From: Octopus sinensis
Taxonomy: Eukaryota
Length of the DNA stretch: 64,000 bases
Direction: 5' to 3'
NCBI RefSeq assembly: GCF_006345805.1
Contig: NC_042999.1
Coordinates: forward strand, 167,834,001-167,898,000
A model generated the notes under the pieces. The model made no database searches, was not told the DNA's origin, and was given only the letters and a program-made list of their open reading frames with translations. The first letter of the stretch is position 1. Every line of letters begins with the position of its first letter. Shown here piece after piece: positions 40,271 through 53,294 of this stretch. The position numbers and the translations under genes were made by a program.

Positions 40271-40828
40271 ATCACTGTGTAATTTAATACCAAAATATTT
40301 GTGTCAGTTTGAGAATCAATTAAACTGACATCATAAATAATGTAATGAATCAAACCTGCCTAGGGTTGTAACATTCAGACCTGCTGTAATACATGCACTT
40401 CAATACAGTTTGTCACGAAGATCTGTTAAGGCCATCTACCCACTCCTTTGACTCTCATTGTTTGTAACTTTGTTTTCTATTTCTATTTACTTATTTAATG
40501 ATTTCTTTTCTAATTTAAGCAACTATTAGTACACTCTAACATTATACTGATTAGATTGGTCAGGTATATACCTGTATATACAGTAATCCCTACCCATATC
40601 GCAGTACATCTATTGCAGTTTATTATTTAAGCTTACATCAATTCCTCTGTGGTGTTGTCTTGCATTTATTATAAAACAGATATATACAAATTATAAAAAT
40701 AATTTTTAAAAATATACAGTACTGTTTCTGCTTCACGGATTTTCACCTATCACAGGGGTTTTGGAATGTAACACCTGCGATAGTCGAGGGATTAGTGTAT
40801 GTGTATGTATGTGTGTATATATATATAC

Positions 40829-40860
<32 letters not shown>

Positions 40861-41577
40861 CATATATACGACAGGCTTCTTTCAGTTTCCGTCTACCAAA
40901 TCCACTCACAAGGCATTGGTCAACCCAGGGCTATAGCAGAAGACACTTGCCCAAGATGTCACGCAGTGGGACTGAACCCGGAACCATGTGGCTGGTAAGC
41001 AAGCTACTTACCACACAGCCACTCCTGCACCTATCACTGTGTAATTTAATACCAAAATATTTGTGTCAGTTTGAGAATCAATTAAACTGACATCATAAAT
41101 AATGTAATGAATCAAACCTGCCTAGGGTTGTAACATTCAGACCTGCTGTAATACATGCACTTCAATACAGTTTGTCACGAAGATCTGTTAAGGCCATCTA
41201 CCCACTCCTTTGACTCTCATTGTTTGTAACTTTGTTTTCTATTTCTATTTACTTATTTAATGATTTCTTTTCTAATTTAAGCAACTATTAGTACACTCTA
41301 ACATTATACTGATTAGATTGGTCAGGTATATACCTGTATATACAGTAATCCCTACCCATATCGCAGTACATCTATTGCAGTTTATTATTTAAGCTTACAT
41401 CAATTCCTCTGTGGTGTTGTCTTGCATTTATTATAAAACAGATATATACAAATTATAAAAATAATTTTTAAAAATATACAGTACTGTTTCTGCTTCACGG
41501 ATTTTCACCTATCACAGGGGTTTTGGAATGTAACACCTGCGATAGTCGAGGGATTAGTGTATGTGTATGTATGTGTG

Positions 41578-41600
<23 letters not shown>
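40099..41600. repeat. 762-bp direct tandem duplication bounded by (TA)n
   Basis: catatatacgacagg at 40099 and 40861; the duplicated ORFs end at 40328 and 41090; no differences seen. Confidence 0.9.
40581..40797. mobile_element. TA-flanked pogo/Tc1-type MITE (duplicate at 41343-41559)
   Basis: TA|cagtaatccct ... agggattagtg|TA termini. Confidence 0.65.
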
Positions 41601-41614
<14 letters not shown>

Positions 41615-41669
41615 GTATGTGTGTGTGTACATACATATGTATAAATACATCTGTCTATCTATTTATCTA

Positions 41670-41712
<43 letters not shown>

Positions 41713-42920
41713 ATATATATATGCACAAATACCTTTGTCAGTATATGTGTATATATGGATATCTGTCGTCATTAAAAAAAAATAGGAGGCACTTTAGATA
41801 ATGTAGACCTACATACATTTTGAAAAAGATGGACGGGCCATGACTAGAATGTTCTTGGTCATAGCTCAAAACAGCAGCCAAATCTCCCTCAAATCACATC
41901 TTGTTTAGAAAATGGAAGGGCACATTAAATAATGTATTCTTAGATACACTACGTCTGAAACAAAGATGCTGAAGCCATGGTTGGAAGCCTGTGACCGTAG
42001 ATTTGCATTATTAGAATTGACCTAAGACTAAAACAACCACACCATAAGTGCTTGGAAATGGAAAAGATAATCTCTTATAAAAAAAAAAATTTTATGAAAA
42101 GAATTCCTCCACGGTTTCTGTTGAAATATCAGAATTTGTAAGTTCATTCATCTTCTGATTCAATGAATATAGAAATTCCCTATGAAAAATGAAATGTTTC
42201 ACAAGCCTTATCAGCTAATAGGTCTTAGTATTCAACTCTGTGACCAGCATTTCCTTGTGAAACCAGGCAGCACACTTAATTCTTTGCTATTCAGTTCACC
42301 TAACTGTTGAATTGGTATCAGCTCCTCTGGGAATATTCTCTGAGATAAATTGCTATCATATCTAGTGGGTATATGTATCTCTAATCTGCTTATCAAGAAA
42401 CTGGAGCAAAGTACCACTCAATTTGACAGAAAGAAGCAAGTGAGAAGGCTGCACCAGGTTCCAGTCATCAGCTTTGGCATGGTTTCTACAGCTGGATGCC
42501 CCTGCCGCAGTCTAATGACCGAAACAAGTAAAAGATAAATGATTTGGATACACACGCACACACATACTCACATATATAATTGGGGTCTACAAATGTGTTA
42601 ATCTACCAGTTTCATTCACAAGACAATAGCCAGCCACTTGCTCAAGATGTTACACAGTGGGACCAAACCCTAAACTATGCAGTTGTGAAGTACATACACT
42701 AATTGGATTAATATGGAGGAAGGGGTACACAATGTTGATTTCTGATATAAACATAGAATCTTAAATTTAGAGGATGGCTGGATTTGATTAAAACTCACCT
42801 TAGTTGCTGACTGGCATTTATCTTGTCACTTTGGAAAGATGAAAGGCAAATTAGAATGTAAAGAAGCATAACTAAACGCTATAAGTAATTTTTACCTATG
42901 TTCTAGACTTGTGGATGTAA

Positions 42921-43262
42921 TGGAAGCACTCCGTCAGTTACAACGACGAGGGTTCCGGTTGATCCGAATCAACGGAACAGCCTGCTCGTGAAATTAACGT
43001 GTAAGTGGCTGAGCACTCCACAGACACGTGTACCCTTAACGTAGTTCTCGGGGATATTCAGCGTGACACAGAGAGTGACAAGGCCAGCCCTTTGAAATAC
43101 AGGTACAACAGAAACAGGAAGTAAGAGTGAGAGAAAGAGTACAGCAGGGATCACCACCACCCCCTGCCGGAGCCTCGTGGAGCTTTAGGTGTTTTCGCTC
43201 AATAAACACTCACAACGCCCGGTCTGGGAATCGAAACCGTGATCCTATGACCGCGAGTCCAC
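42921..43262 (-). mobile_element. SINE family B1, 5'-truncated
   Basis: Reverse complement match. Confidence 0.88.
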
Positions 43263-46200
43263 TATAACTTAAGAATAAAAAACAATAAATAAATCTTGCA
43301 CAAATTAATATTTTGTGCATGTGTATATGCTGTATGTGTGTGTATGTGTGTGTGTGTGTGAGCTTGAGGGTGTGTATGTTTATGTGTTTGAACAGATGTG
43401 TTTGAAATTAATAAATTTCATTAATCAAAATTGGAACAAAGTTCACTTTACAGTGTATGGGGATCATATAGCCTTATGTAGTAACACGAGTATCGCATTT
43501 TATATGATGTCGTATATAAAATATGTTTTGATCTTAATTTTTCAGATTTGTTCTAAGGATTTTTTCATTGTTGTGTAGCCCAAGGTCAGTCCTGATTTAT
43601 TTAGGCCGGTGGATGTATGTATAGGTCAAAAGATTAAGGGAGACCACAAATGTAATGTGTGTGACATGTATTATGTCTCAGCTAGCTGGAAGACCATACT
43701 GAATACTTCGACATATATAAGAGGAGTAAGCAGTTAATCCCTTCAGTTTAACTTAAAGCTTTAAATATTTGACATTAGGAAATTTGAGTAAAGACATTCA
43801 TGCCTTTTCCAAAGAAACTTTTGAAGGAAATTAAAGGAAAATCTATAAGCAAGAGTTGAAACCATGTCAAAAATTGGTTTTCTGAGTGTCTAAATAAGCA
43901 GTGAGTTTAGGGATGAAATTACAGCAAGATTAAATATGTTTCCACACTTAAAATTAATTTTCTGTGTAATACATTATACAGAAAATTAATACCATTACTT
44001 ATAGGCAGACTGAATTGATAACTTCCTTCTCTTCTTCAAATTTACGTTGTGTCTAGTTAAAGGAAAGATATTATTTATCATTAAAAAGAGCGAAGAGAAT
44101 TTAATTCAATTAGAAACCTTTTTAATATTGATTTATTTGTTTGGTTATCAATAGCTACAATATTTGTTCTTTTGTTTTACCAACCATTTTTATTAATGCT
44201 GCAAATTAAATAGTAAATTTCTTACATGCTGGGGATGCAGTTTCAATTATTGTTACAATCTATTTTGATTAATTTATACTACTAGTGCACTTGGGGAAAA
44301 AAAATTATGAGTCTCAGAAAACCTTATTTTCATCCCCTGAAAGCCTGAGACTTTAAAGCACAGCCAACAGAAATTGCCTTTAAGGCTGCAAACTGACTAG
44401 AATAGAACAACAACACATTAAATGCTTAGCAATACATAATAAAACAGCAGAATCTGGGAAAAACTAGTCATAGTCTGTGTTGGCAGAAAGTAATACAAAT
44501 AGTTCAAACAGTGAAATAAATTTTATGACATGAGAAAGAAGAGAGGACTAAAGATTTGGATGTTTGTCCTTTTTTGGAGAAAAGGAAAAAAAATTGAGAT
44601 CTTATCACCAGACCATAAAACTGTAGATAACAAAATAAAAGAAGTGAAGTGATACCAAGGGTACAGCCGTAGAGGTTTGACCTAATAATATCTTCATCTT
44701 TTTGTATTCAAAGTTCAAATCTCATCAGAGTTGACTTCACTTTTTATCTCTCTAGGATTGATGAATAAATACCAGTAATATATTTCTATACCACACAGCC
44801 CTACAAATTCGGCAGAATCATTGGAGCACCAAATAGGATAATTACCTTTTAGTATTTAGATACATCCATTTATGTTCTGAATTCAAATCCTATTGGAATT
44901 ATCTTTGCCTTTTATTGTTTGGAATTGATAAAATTGTATAAACTGGCACAATTACTGTTGTTGTTGTTGTTATACAAAGCTGGAGGTCAGCATCTGCAAC
45001 TACTAATTCTTGGAATGTGAGGGACATTTCCCAGGCCTAATAGAGATTTTAAATTATGTCAATAGGTTCTATTATTCCTAAAATCATAGACATTGTGTAT
45101 GGTCCCTGGCAGTGTTGCATAGTCAATTTTGAGAGGGATAGATAGAGCAAGGAAGTCAACTCCAGTACTTGACTGGTACTTATTTATTCACTTTAAAAGG
45201 TTTAAAGACAAAGTTAACTGCAGTGGAATTTGAACTCAAAGCACAAAGACCTAGAACAAATACAAGACATTCTATCGAATGTTCTAATGTCTCTGCTAGA
45301 ACCCCACTTTATAAGGTTGGGTGGAGATAATGCCAAAACAATTAAAGAAGTAGACTAAATCCTTTGTGCTTTTCAATGCATCATTATGTTCAACACCAAT
45401 AAGGAGCTGTTTTTCATTCATAAAGGTTTGATTAAAAAAGAAGGAAGAACTTGTAATAATGCAAATATTTTCTCTACAAATGTAGGTATTTTATCTAATG
45501 AAAAGAAATTTCATTCGAAATGAAAATGGGAAAAGCAAAAACAGTTGCTACATGTTGTATAATTTGATCTGAATTCATAAGTATAACATTTTACTCTAAT
45601 TGGGTCATACTTTATACATAATTGATAAATAATATAAACGAAATATACATTTGGATTACATTTTGACTTAGCAATGTAAATGTAATCACATAGTTTTTTT
45701 TTGTCCCATGTCAAAGGATGTAAACTTTTGATCAAATGGAGTCAAAACATGTAGTCAAAGATCAATTTTAAGGCTGCAAGATCTTACAAAAATTCATCTA
45801 AAATCTATTTTCATAAAGTGAAATTTATTCAAAGAATATTAATCAACACTATAAAGAGTAAGGTCTCAAAAGTAAAGACTACATTACAAAGACTGGCCTT
45901 CTCCATCTTCGGGCTCAGAAAATAGTAAAACCCTTCTACAAAGTTCAGATGAGTCTTGTGGGGAAGTATGCTCCCACATCTGAGATGGTAGTGCTGATAC
46001 ACACACAGGCTTTATATCCACAGAAGGACCACCTCACTGATTGGCATAAAATCTTTCACCAACTCGCTACAACCTCTTTTGTTTCCAAGTCACTTAACAT
46101 TTTCCCTAGTTCTTTAAATAATGAACTGCTCAATGGCTGGATATGTTATTTGAAAGATTGCAATAGTTTTTGTGTGATGACTTTTGTTTACAATTTACAT

Positions 46201-46388
46201 ACACATATGAAGTCAAGGGAATTCACTCACACTTATATATGATGGACTTCTTCCAGTGTTCCATTTCATTCAAAAGACATTGGTCAACACACAGTTGTTG
46301 CAAAAGACACAAGCTGATGGTTCCATACAGTTAGAGTGAACCTTAAACCATATGATTCTGAAGCAGACTTCTTAACCACTTAGCTATC

Positions 46389-46422
<34 letters not shown>

Positions 46423-46758
46423 CGTGTGTGTGAGTGAGAGTGAATGAATGCTTAAATGCAAAAATTTCAGAGTGGAGATAAAAAGAAAAGTGAATACTCA
46501 ATTCTAAAAACAGAGTATCAAAATATATCATATTTCTAAAACTAAAAGTTCAGATTTTGAGAGTTTCACTTCTCCAATTCCCAAATAAAACTTAAACAAT
46601 AAAGTTGGCAATCATTGAAAGAAATATTCAGGAAATAAAAGCAAATGCTAAAAGAATCTTATGATTGACTAGATGTCTAAAGATGATTTAAATTAAGAGA
46701 CAAAAATATTTGATATTTGTATATAAAAAAGAGAAATATTTGTTTGTGTATATACAAA

Positions 46759-47271
46759 CTAGCAGTATCGCCCGGCGTTGCTCGGGTTTGTAAGGGAAAT
46801 AACTATATAAGCATTTTTAGAGAGTTACTTCCTTTATAGATGCCAATTCGGGCTTTCTTAGCCATTTCTGTTTTGATGTCTTCAAGCCATGAAGTCGTTG
46901 TTCTAAAAGAACGCTGGTCTCCTTGACAACGCTTTACGACGTTGATTTCCTTAAACTCCCTTCCCCACAGCTTCACGAGGGAGGGAAGAAGGGGGAGAAG
47001 CAAAAAGGTGCAGGTGTGACCATGGACGCCAACTCCGCCGCCATCGACACACGAAAAATTATGCATTAAAATGGAATAAAAAATGATGTTAAATTATTTT
47101 TAAAATCGTAGACTCATCGTAGACGCGCGCTAATAGCCAGACGGGCTCGATATGAATCACGACTATAAGATACCCGAATTTGGTTAAACTGCACCGCAAA
47201 ATGTGGGAGGAGTTAGGAATCTAAATCGTAGGAGACAGACACTCACACAACTACAGTTTTATATATATAGA
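46759..47271 (-). mobile_element. Non-autonomous Helitron with the same internal segment as 22561-23075
   Basis: A|CTAG...GA|T; near-identical reverse complement. Confidence 0.88.
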
Positions 47272-47563
47272 TATGTGTAATTCAATCCTGTTATATACTC
47301 ACATACACATGTGTATAAACATATCTAAGGTGAAGATGATGCCTATTATATTGATTTCTAGTGTGTATTTTTTAGTAACACTGTCCGTTTATTTGCCAAT
47401 TGAATGTGTAGGAATATTTATGAATCTCAGGGGTTTGTTTTGTTTGTGAATTGTTTTCTGAGCCATACATAGGTGTGTGTGTGTTCAGGTTTTTAGAGTT
47501 TTGAGATAGTAGTTTGATTTCAGCTTGTACCTTGTTTCAGTTATGTTTTGGTTGTTGGTTTAA

Positions 47564-47785
47564 CCCTTTCTTTACTGAATTTATTTTGAGATGTTCAGTG
47601 TTTCTTCCAATTATTTTAAATATAACAAAGAATTAAGTAAAATAAACTTAGTTATCATTCAGCTAGTGTTAGGGACATAAATTGTGACTAAGGTTTGGTG
47701 GAAGGTTTTAATTCAGAACTTTTGAAAACCAGACATTTGTACTAAAGAGCCAGAGCCGGTTTCAGCCGGGTTAGTAACGAAAGGG
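47564..47785. mobile_element. Second piggyBac-like MITE family
   Basis: TTAA|CCCTTTC ... GAAAGGG|TTAA, 222 bp, internal sequence unlike family P. Confidence 0.75.
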
Positions 47786-48873
47786 TTAAGTCGGTACCAA
47801 GGCCGAGGAGTGTGATTTGGTTGATGTTAAGTGTATGTTTTGATCAGTTAAAAAATTTTTTTTATTTTTGTAGGGTAGAGCAATTTTCTTTTTATTTAGA
47901 TTCATTATCTTGTATCTAATGCATTTTATTGAGAATACTTTCTATGTAGTTTCGTATATTTTATCACTTTTTTTACCAATTTCTTTCTTTTACTGAATAA
48001 TTTCAACTTTTATATTTTCTATGTCTTCAGTTGCTGCATTTGCATGCAGTTCAACAAATTCTTCTGGAATTCTTGTGTAGTTTGGGGATCTAGTTTTTTC
48101 ATTGACAAAATATAAAAGACAGTAAAAAATCTGAAAATCAGCTATAATATTGAAGTTTTCGAGTTTAATTGCTATGAAGGTATGATGTTGGGGAGACAAA
48201 AATTGGAGGAAAAAGTTACAGGGGTTTAAAAATAAAAAAAAACTGTATTTATAGCCAATAGCAAGACAATTTTCTGCGTTTAGTGGAACAGTGTCAACAT
48301 TAAGGTTGTACCCTGTGAAATTTATAGTTTAGCATCTGTGAAATGACCACTTCATTGTGGGTTTCTAAATAAACAGAAATACCTAATAAAATCAACATGT
48401 ATCATTTTACTGGGTTTTTTGGATTGTATGTATTGTTTCTTTTTTTTTTAATTTGTAATATTAATATATTTGTCTGCATGTGTTTACTTTATACGTATTT
48501 CAGTATTATGATTACCTGTCATATATTTGTGTACATCATTAATATTATAAGTGCATGTATGTGTATGTGTGTTTGTGAAAAGGGGGCGTCTCACTCCAAA
48601 ATTTCAAAGCTGAGTAATGTTTTCATGCTTGGATTTGTAAACTATGAAAAGAATAGCATTGGTCAGCAAAAACTTTGTCCCAAGAAAAAGAATACCTGTA
48701 TCTTGTATGTTTTGCATGCAGAATCCAAAAATAATGTCAAATTATCTGTACCCAGTTCACATATTCCATTCACCTTCATAATATGAAGAAACTGTATAAA
48801 CATTGCAAACAACATTTGCTATATATGGAAAATATGTAAAATATTAAGACAACTTGCAAGAAATATATATAAT

Positions 48874-49557
48874 AAACTTTATTTTTTCCCAAATAAGCAG
48901 TTGAAAACTAATAAGAGAATATGATAAATCTAAAATAAAGAAGATAGAATTTGAACACAGTTGTGCATTTAATGAAATATGTTTAAAAGAAAAGCTGTTC
49001 CCCATATATACAAACACAATTTACATGATGTAACAACAAAATTAGGATCTAGTCTTTTACATTCGTAAAATGAGCCCCCTTTAATTTTGCTCAGATTTTC
49101 TAATTGATAAATATAAATTTTTATAAAAACACAACATGTGGGTGAAGTAAATACAGTGTGTGGTTGTCATGGTAACAAGCTGTTAATGCCTCACTGTCTG
49201 TTGATTGGCTAAAATTACCCAAATTTCCCAACTCTAATTCCAAGTAACATCAAATTCTTTGATTTACGAGATATACTAATTGGTTGATCGTAATTAAAAT
49301 TCATAGTTGCACCAATACACCAAAATTGAAAGCAATCTGAGCAAAATTAAAGGGGGCTCATTTTACGAATGTAAAAGACTAGATCCTAATTTTGTTGTTA
49401 CATCATGTAAATTGTGTTTGTATATATGGGGAACAGCTTTTCTTTTAAACATATTTCATTAAATGCACAACTGTGTTCAAATTCTATCTTCTTTATTTTA
49501 GATTTATCATATTCTCTTATTAGTTTTCAACTGCTTATTTGGGAAAAAATAAAGTTT
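48874..49557. repeat. Perfect 224-bp inverted repeat with 236-bp spacer
   Basis: 48874-49097 is the reverse complement of 49334-49557; no mismatches found by eye. Confidence 0.92.
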
Positions 49558-50270
49558 TCAAAATTCATATTCAAAATTTCCAGATTTTCACTATCTCATT
49601 TTTCAGTATTTAATATACTTAATGTATGTGTTTCTTATATACTGTTGGAATTTATGTAGAAGTTTCTGCCAAAGGTTCTTAGACTTTTGGGCTTCTACAT
49701 CAGTAGTCTTGTGCTGGTTTGTTTTGTTGTGGTCAAAGTTTTTAATATTAAGTTTTCATGCCAGTAGCTGTGTGATAATTTTTTTGATGTGTGCGTTGTT
49801 TGCAAGATTAAACTTGTATTTTTGTGAGGAATTTTATAGAGCATTCATTATCCTCCTAATATTTTCCTAATTTTGTTTTGTGATGTGTGGTATAATGTTT
49901 TATTATTACTCCTTGCAGTGAGTACTTCACAGTGAGCCTATGACAAAGTGTTGTACTAGTATGTCCAGTGTAACAGCTGATATCCTCAATTTTACACCTT
50001 TCAGTTTTACAGTTAAACATATAGATTACATTGTCATTAACACCTTCTTCTCAGGTTTATATGCTTGTGTTATTGATAAAAAGGTTTTAATATTTTTGTA
50101 GTATATTATTAGTTTAAGTTTATTACCAGATGTGATGCATTTTGTTCCATTTTGCAAGGTTTTTGATTATAGATACATGTAAAAAATGCATCCAATATAT
50201 TTTATGAAGTGGTTGATGATAAGAACTTCCAGTCATAGAAACCTTGTAAAAAAGTGCATTGTACAAGCAA
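49360..50270 (-). mobile_element. Decayed Penelope-like element 3' part (GIY-YIG endonuclease + pseudo-LTR)
   Basis: Minus strand KLKLIIYYKN...NVIYMFNCKTERCKIEDISCYTGHTSTTLCHRLT (VIY ~50009-50032, YTG ~49958-49972), then KLIREYDK...FNEICLKEKLFPIYTN..LHD, recalling a PLE ORF start repeated in the pLTR; many stops. Confidence 0.7.
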
Positions 50271-51666
50271 AATGTGGTCCACTGAATTAAGAAGATAGTA
50301 ACTCCTAATAAAGAACTCAGATACTGACAAACTATCCAACCCATGCCAGCATGGAAAAGTGAGGCAAAATGATGACGCTCATGATGTATGTATGTGGGGG
50401 GTGGGGTGCAAAATGATGATCATGATGTATACGTGTGTGTGTGTGTGTGTGTGTAACCTTTGTCAATTACACATAGGTGAAGGATGTAAAAACATTAGTA
50501 AAAAAAGCCAAACATCCAGTGCTCTTTGCTCGAAGTCACATTATTTAATCTACACCAAATTATAGTCACTTCCTTGTTACTCTTCAACATTGAAAATGCA
50601 ATTAACCAGTGATTAGAAACCTGTAACCAATAGACATTATTGGTTATTGTTCATCATGTGTAATATCAAATTTTAAAAAATAAGTTACTGAACTACTGAT
50701 TTCTGTCTATTAAAATATGTTTTAGACAAGTGTGCCTCTGGTTCTTAGTTAATGAATTCCAAAATATTTATGATATAAATTAATTTTAGAACTAAATCAC
50801 CTCATTTATTTTTAAAGTTTTAATTTTAGATCTGTAAGTCTGCTAATTCTATCTTTTTCACTTATTAGAATAACCCACATCCCACCCCCAGCTGAAACAA
50901 TCAAGGGCCTGCCCATTTTCATTTGATTTATGATAGTAACTAACTTTTACTAACTGTAGACTGTTCAATTTATAGCTCTTCTAAGAAGTGACATCTGTCA
51001 GCTTTTAGCATTATGGCTCTTCATCTTGTGATGACAGTCCCAACATTTTTGATAGTCCCCAAAGGGAAACATTTCATGTTTCATTGACCCAAATACAGAT
51101 TTTTAATACTGTTCTACTTTTCTCCCACTCTCTTTCCTCCTTCTCCCCCTCTCCCCCCTCTCTTTCTCTACTAAACCATATTCTCTTAGAACAAGAACAT
51201 TTACCTTTTCTGCTTCACTGCTTCACTTTATGTTGTTTTAGCATTTACAAAATGCTCACCGGCTACCTAAATAAACCATATTAACCTAACCATTCAAATA
51301 TATTGACATTTTAAACATTTTAAGTATATTTTATTCATAAATATAGCCTTGGTAATATCTAAATTTGTGTATAATAATAATCCAAAAAAATATATTTGAT
51401 ATCTCAGACACATTGACAAATATGAACGCATTTTGAACAGTGACTCATTGACACTACTCAAAGTGGGTTCTGGGGCAGCTTTTTGTTTACTTTGATTCTT
51501 TATCACATCTTAGTGTTGCTTTCTTTACTTTTTCTTTATAGCTGATGATTAGACCCTATCCATGTCAGCTTATTTACAAATATAGTATTTATTCAAACCA
51601 AGGCCCAACTTTATGTATATAACAAATAATTAAACTATATCCATATCTGTTCATTTGTAATGAGAG

Positions 51667-52052
51667 GTGGAGGCGCAATGGCCCAGTGGTTAGGGCAGCG
51701 GACTCGCAGTCGTAGGATCGCGGTTTCGATTCCCAGACTGGGCGTTGTGAGTGTTTATTGAGCGAAAACACCTAAAGCTCCACGAGGCTCCGGCAGAGGG
51801 TGGTGGTGATCCCTGCTGTACTCTTTCACCACAACTTTCTCTCACTCTTACTTCCTGTTTCTGTTGTACCTGTATTTCAAAGGGCCGGCCTTGTCACTCT
51901 CTGTGTCACGCTGAATATCCCTGAGGACTACGTTAAGGGTGCACGTGTCTGTGGAGTGCTCAACCACTTACACGTTAATTTCACGAGCAGGCTGTTCCGT
52001 TGATTCGGATCAACCGGAACCCTCGTCGTCATAACCGACAGAGTGCTTCCAT
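51667..52052 (+). mobile_element. SINE family B1
   Basis: Full-length match. Confidence 0.9.
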
Positions 52053-52130
52053 CAAATGAGAGGTTCACTTCCCAACCACATAGTTCCGGGTTCAGTCTCA
52101 CTGCATGGCACCTTGGCCAAGTGCCTTCTA

Positions 52131-52798
52131 CAGAGTGGTCCAAAAATCTTGTTACCCCTACCAAAAAGTAATGAGAACAATAGAAGAACAAGTAATGCAG
52201 TAATTCAAAGCACAAACTGGATTTAATTTATTCACTTTCATTGATGCTGTCACACATTGAGAAGGTCTGTATGGACCCATCATTTTCATGGCACAAAATG
52301 ATGTGGCGCCATGTTCTGTATATTTTCCAAAGCTGTGCTTTGGTGATTGTTTGGCTCTCCAAACAGCATCCTTCAACTGATGGATATTCTGGTATCGTTC
52401 GTGTGAAACACTCTCCTTGATAATACCCCACAGAGTATTATTGGAAGACATGAGACCTGGACTTCTGGGGAGGCCAATCAACAGGTGCTGGAAGTTGTTG
52501 TGATCCTCGCCCTATCCATCTATCACACAAAACTTCATTTGGGTATTCCTGGACAGTGATAGCAGAGTGGGGTCAGACACCATCTTGTTGAAACTAACAA
52601 TCATTCTGGTCAACATTCAACCTCTGGACCTGTGGAACAAACCACTCCCTTAGCATACCCAAGTAAGATTGGTGGTTTACAGTGCCCTTGAAGAAATAGG
52701 GTCCTATCAGGTGCTTACTCGATATGGTGGCCCAAATCATTACATGTGAGGTGGGGGGGGGGGTGCTAAAACAAAAAATTATAATGAGGACCACCATG
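52131..52798 (-). mobile_element. Internally deleted rosa-like Tc1/mariner element inserted in a family A SINE
   Basis: TA TSD (52129-30, 52799-800) splits SINE gtgccttcta|ctatagcc; termini cagagtggtcc / catggtggtcc; VMIWATIS..LIGPYFF..FQQDG..RWIGRG..WPPRSP. Confidence 0.85.
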
Positions 52799-52865
52799 TA
52801 CTATAGCCTCAGACCAACCAAAGCTTTATGAGTAGATTTGGTTTGACAGAAACTGAAAGAATCCC

Positions 52866-52896
<31 letters not shown>

Positions 52897-52971
52897 ATAA
52901 TAAATATTAGGGAATGAATCCAAAATTACAGGGAAAAATCATAATTTGATACTGATTAGAAGATCGAAAAT

Positions 52972-53015
52972 CCACCTGAAGAATGTCAGTAGCAGACAGG
53001 AAACAATTGTAGTGG
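52972..53015 (+). ncRNA. Minimal type I hammerhead motif (Penelope pLTR type)
   Basis: CCAC-CUGAAGA-A-UGUC-aguagca-GACA-G-GAAA-CAAUUG-UA-GUGG: stems I and II of 4 bp each and a palindromic stem III (ACAAUUGU). Confidence 0.6.
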
Positions 53016-53099
53016 CGGTTTATTTAATTTATATTAAAATTTTATGTATTGATTAAGTCTTTCCTTGTTTGATTTTAAAATAGTGGTTTTGTCTCGAAT

Positions 53100-53138
<39 letters not shown>

Positions 53139-53145
53139 TCATATG

Positions 53146-53190
<45 letters not shown>

Positions 53191-53198
53191 TATGTATG

Positions 53199-53254
<56 letters not shown>

Positions 53255-53262
53255 TATGTATG

Positions 53263-53294
<32 letters not shown>

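Noticed and set aside
47990-48199. Minus-strand ORF ending ...ELHANAATEDIENIKVEIIQ
   Set aside because: No convincing acceptor, partner exon or domain motif.
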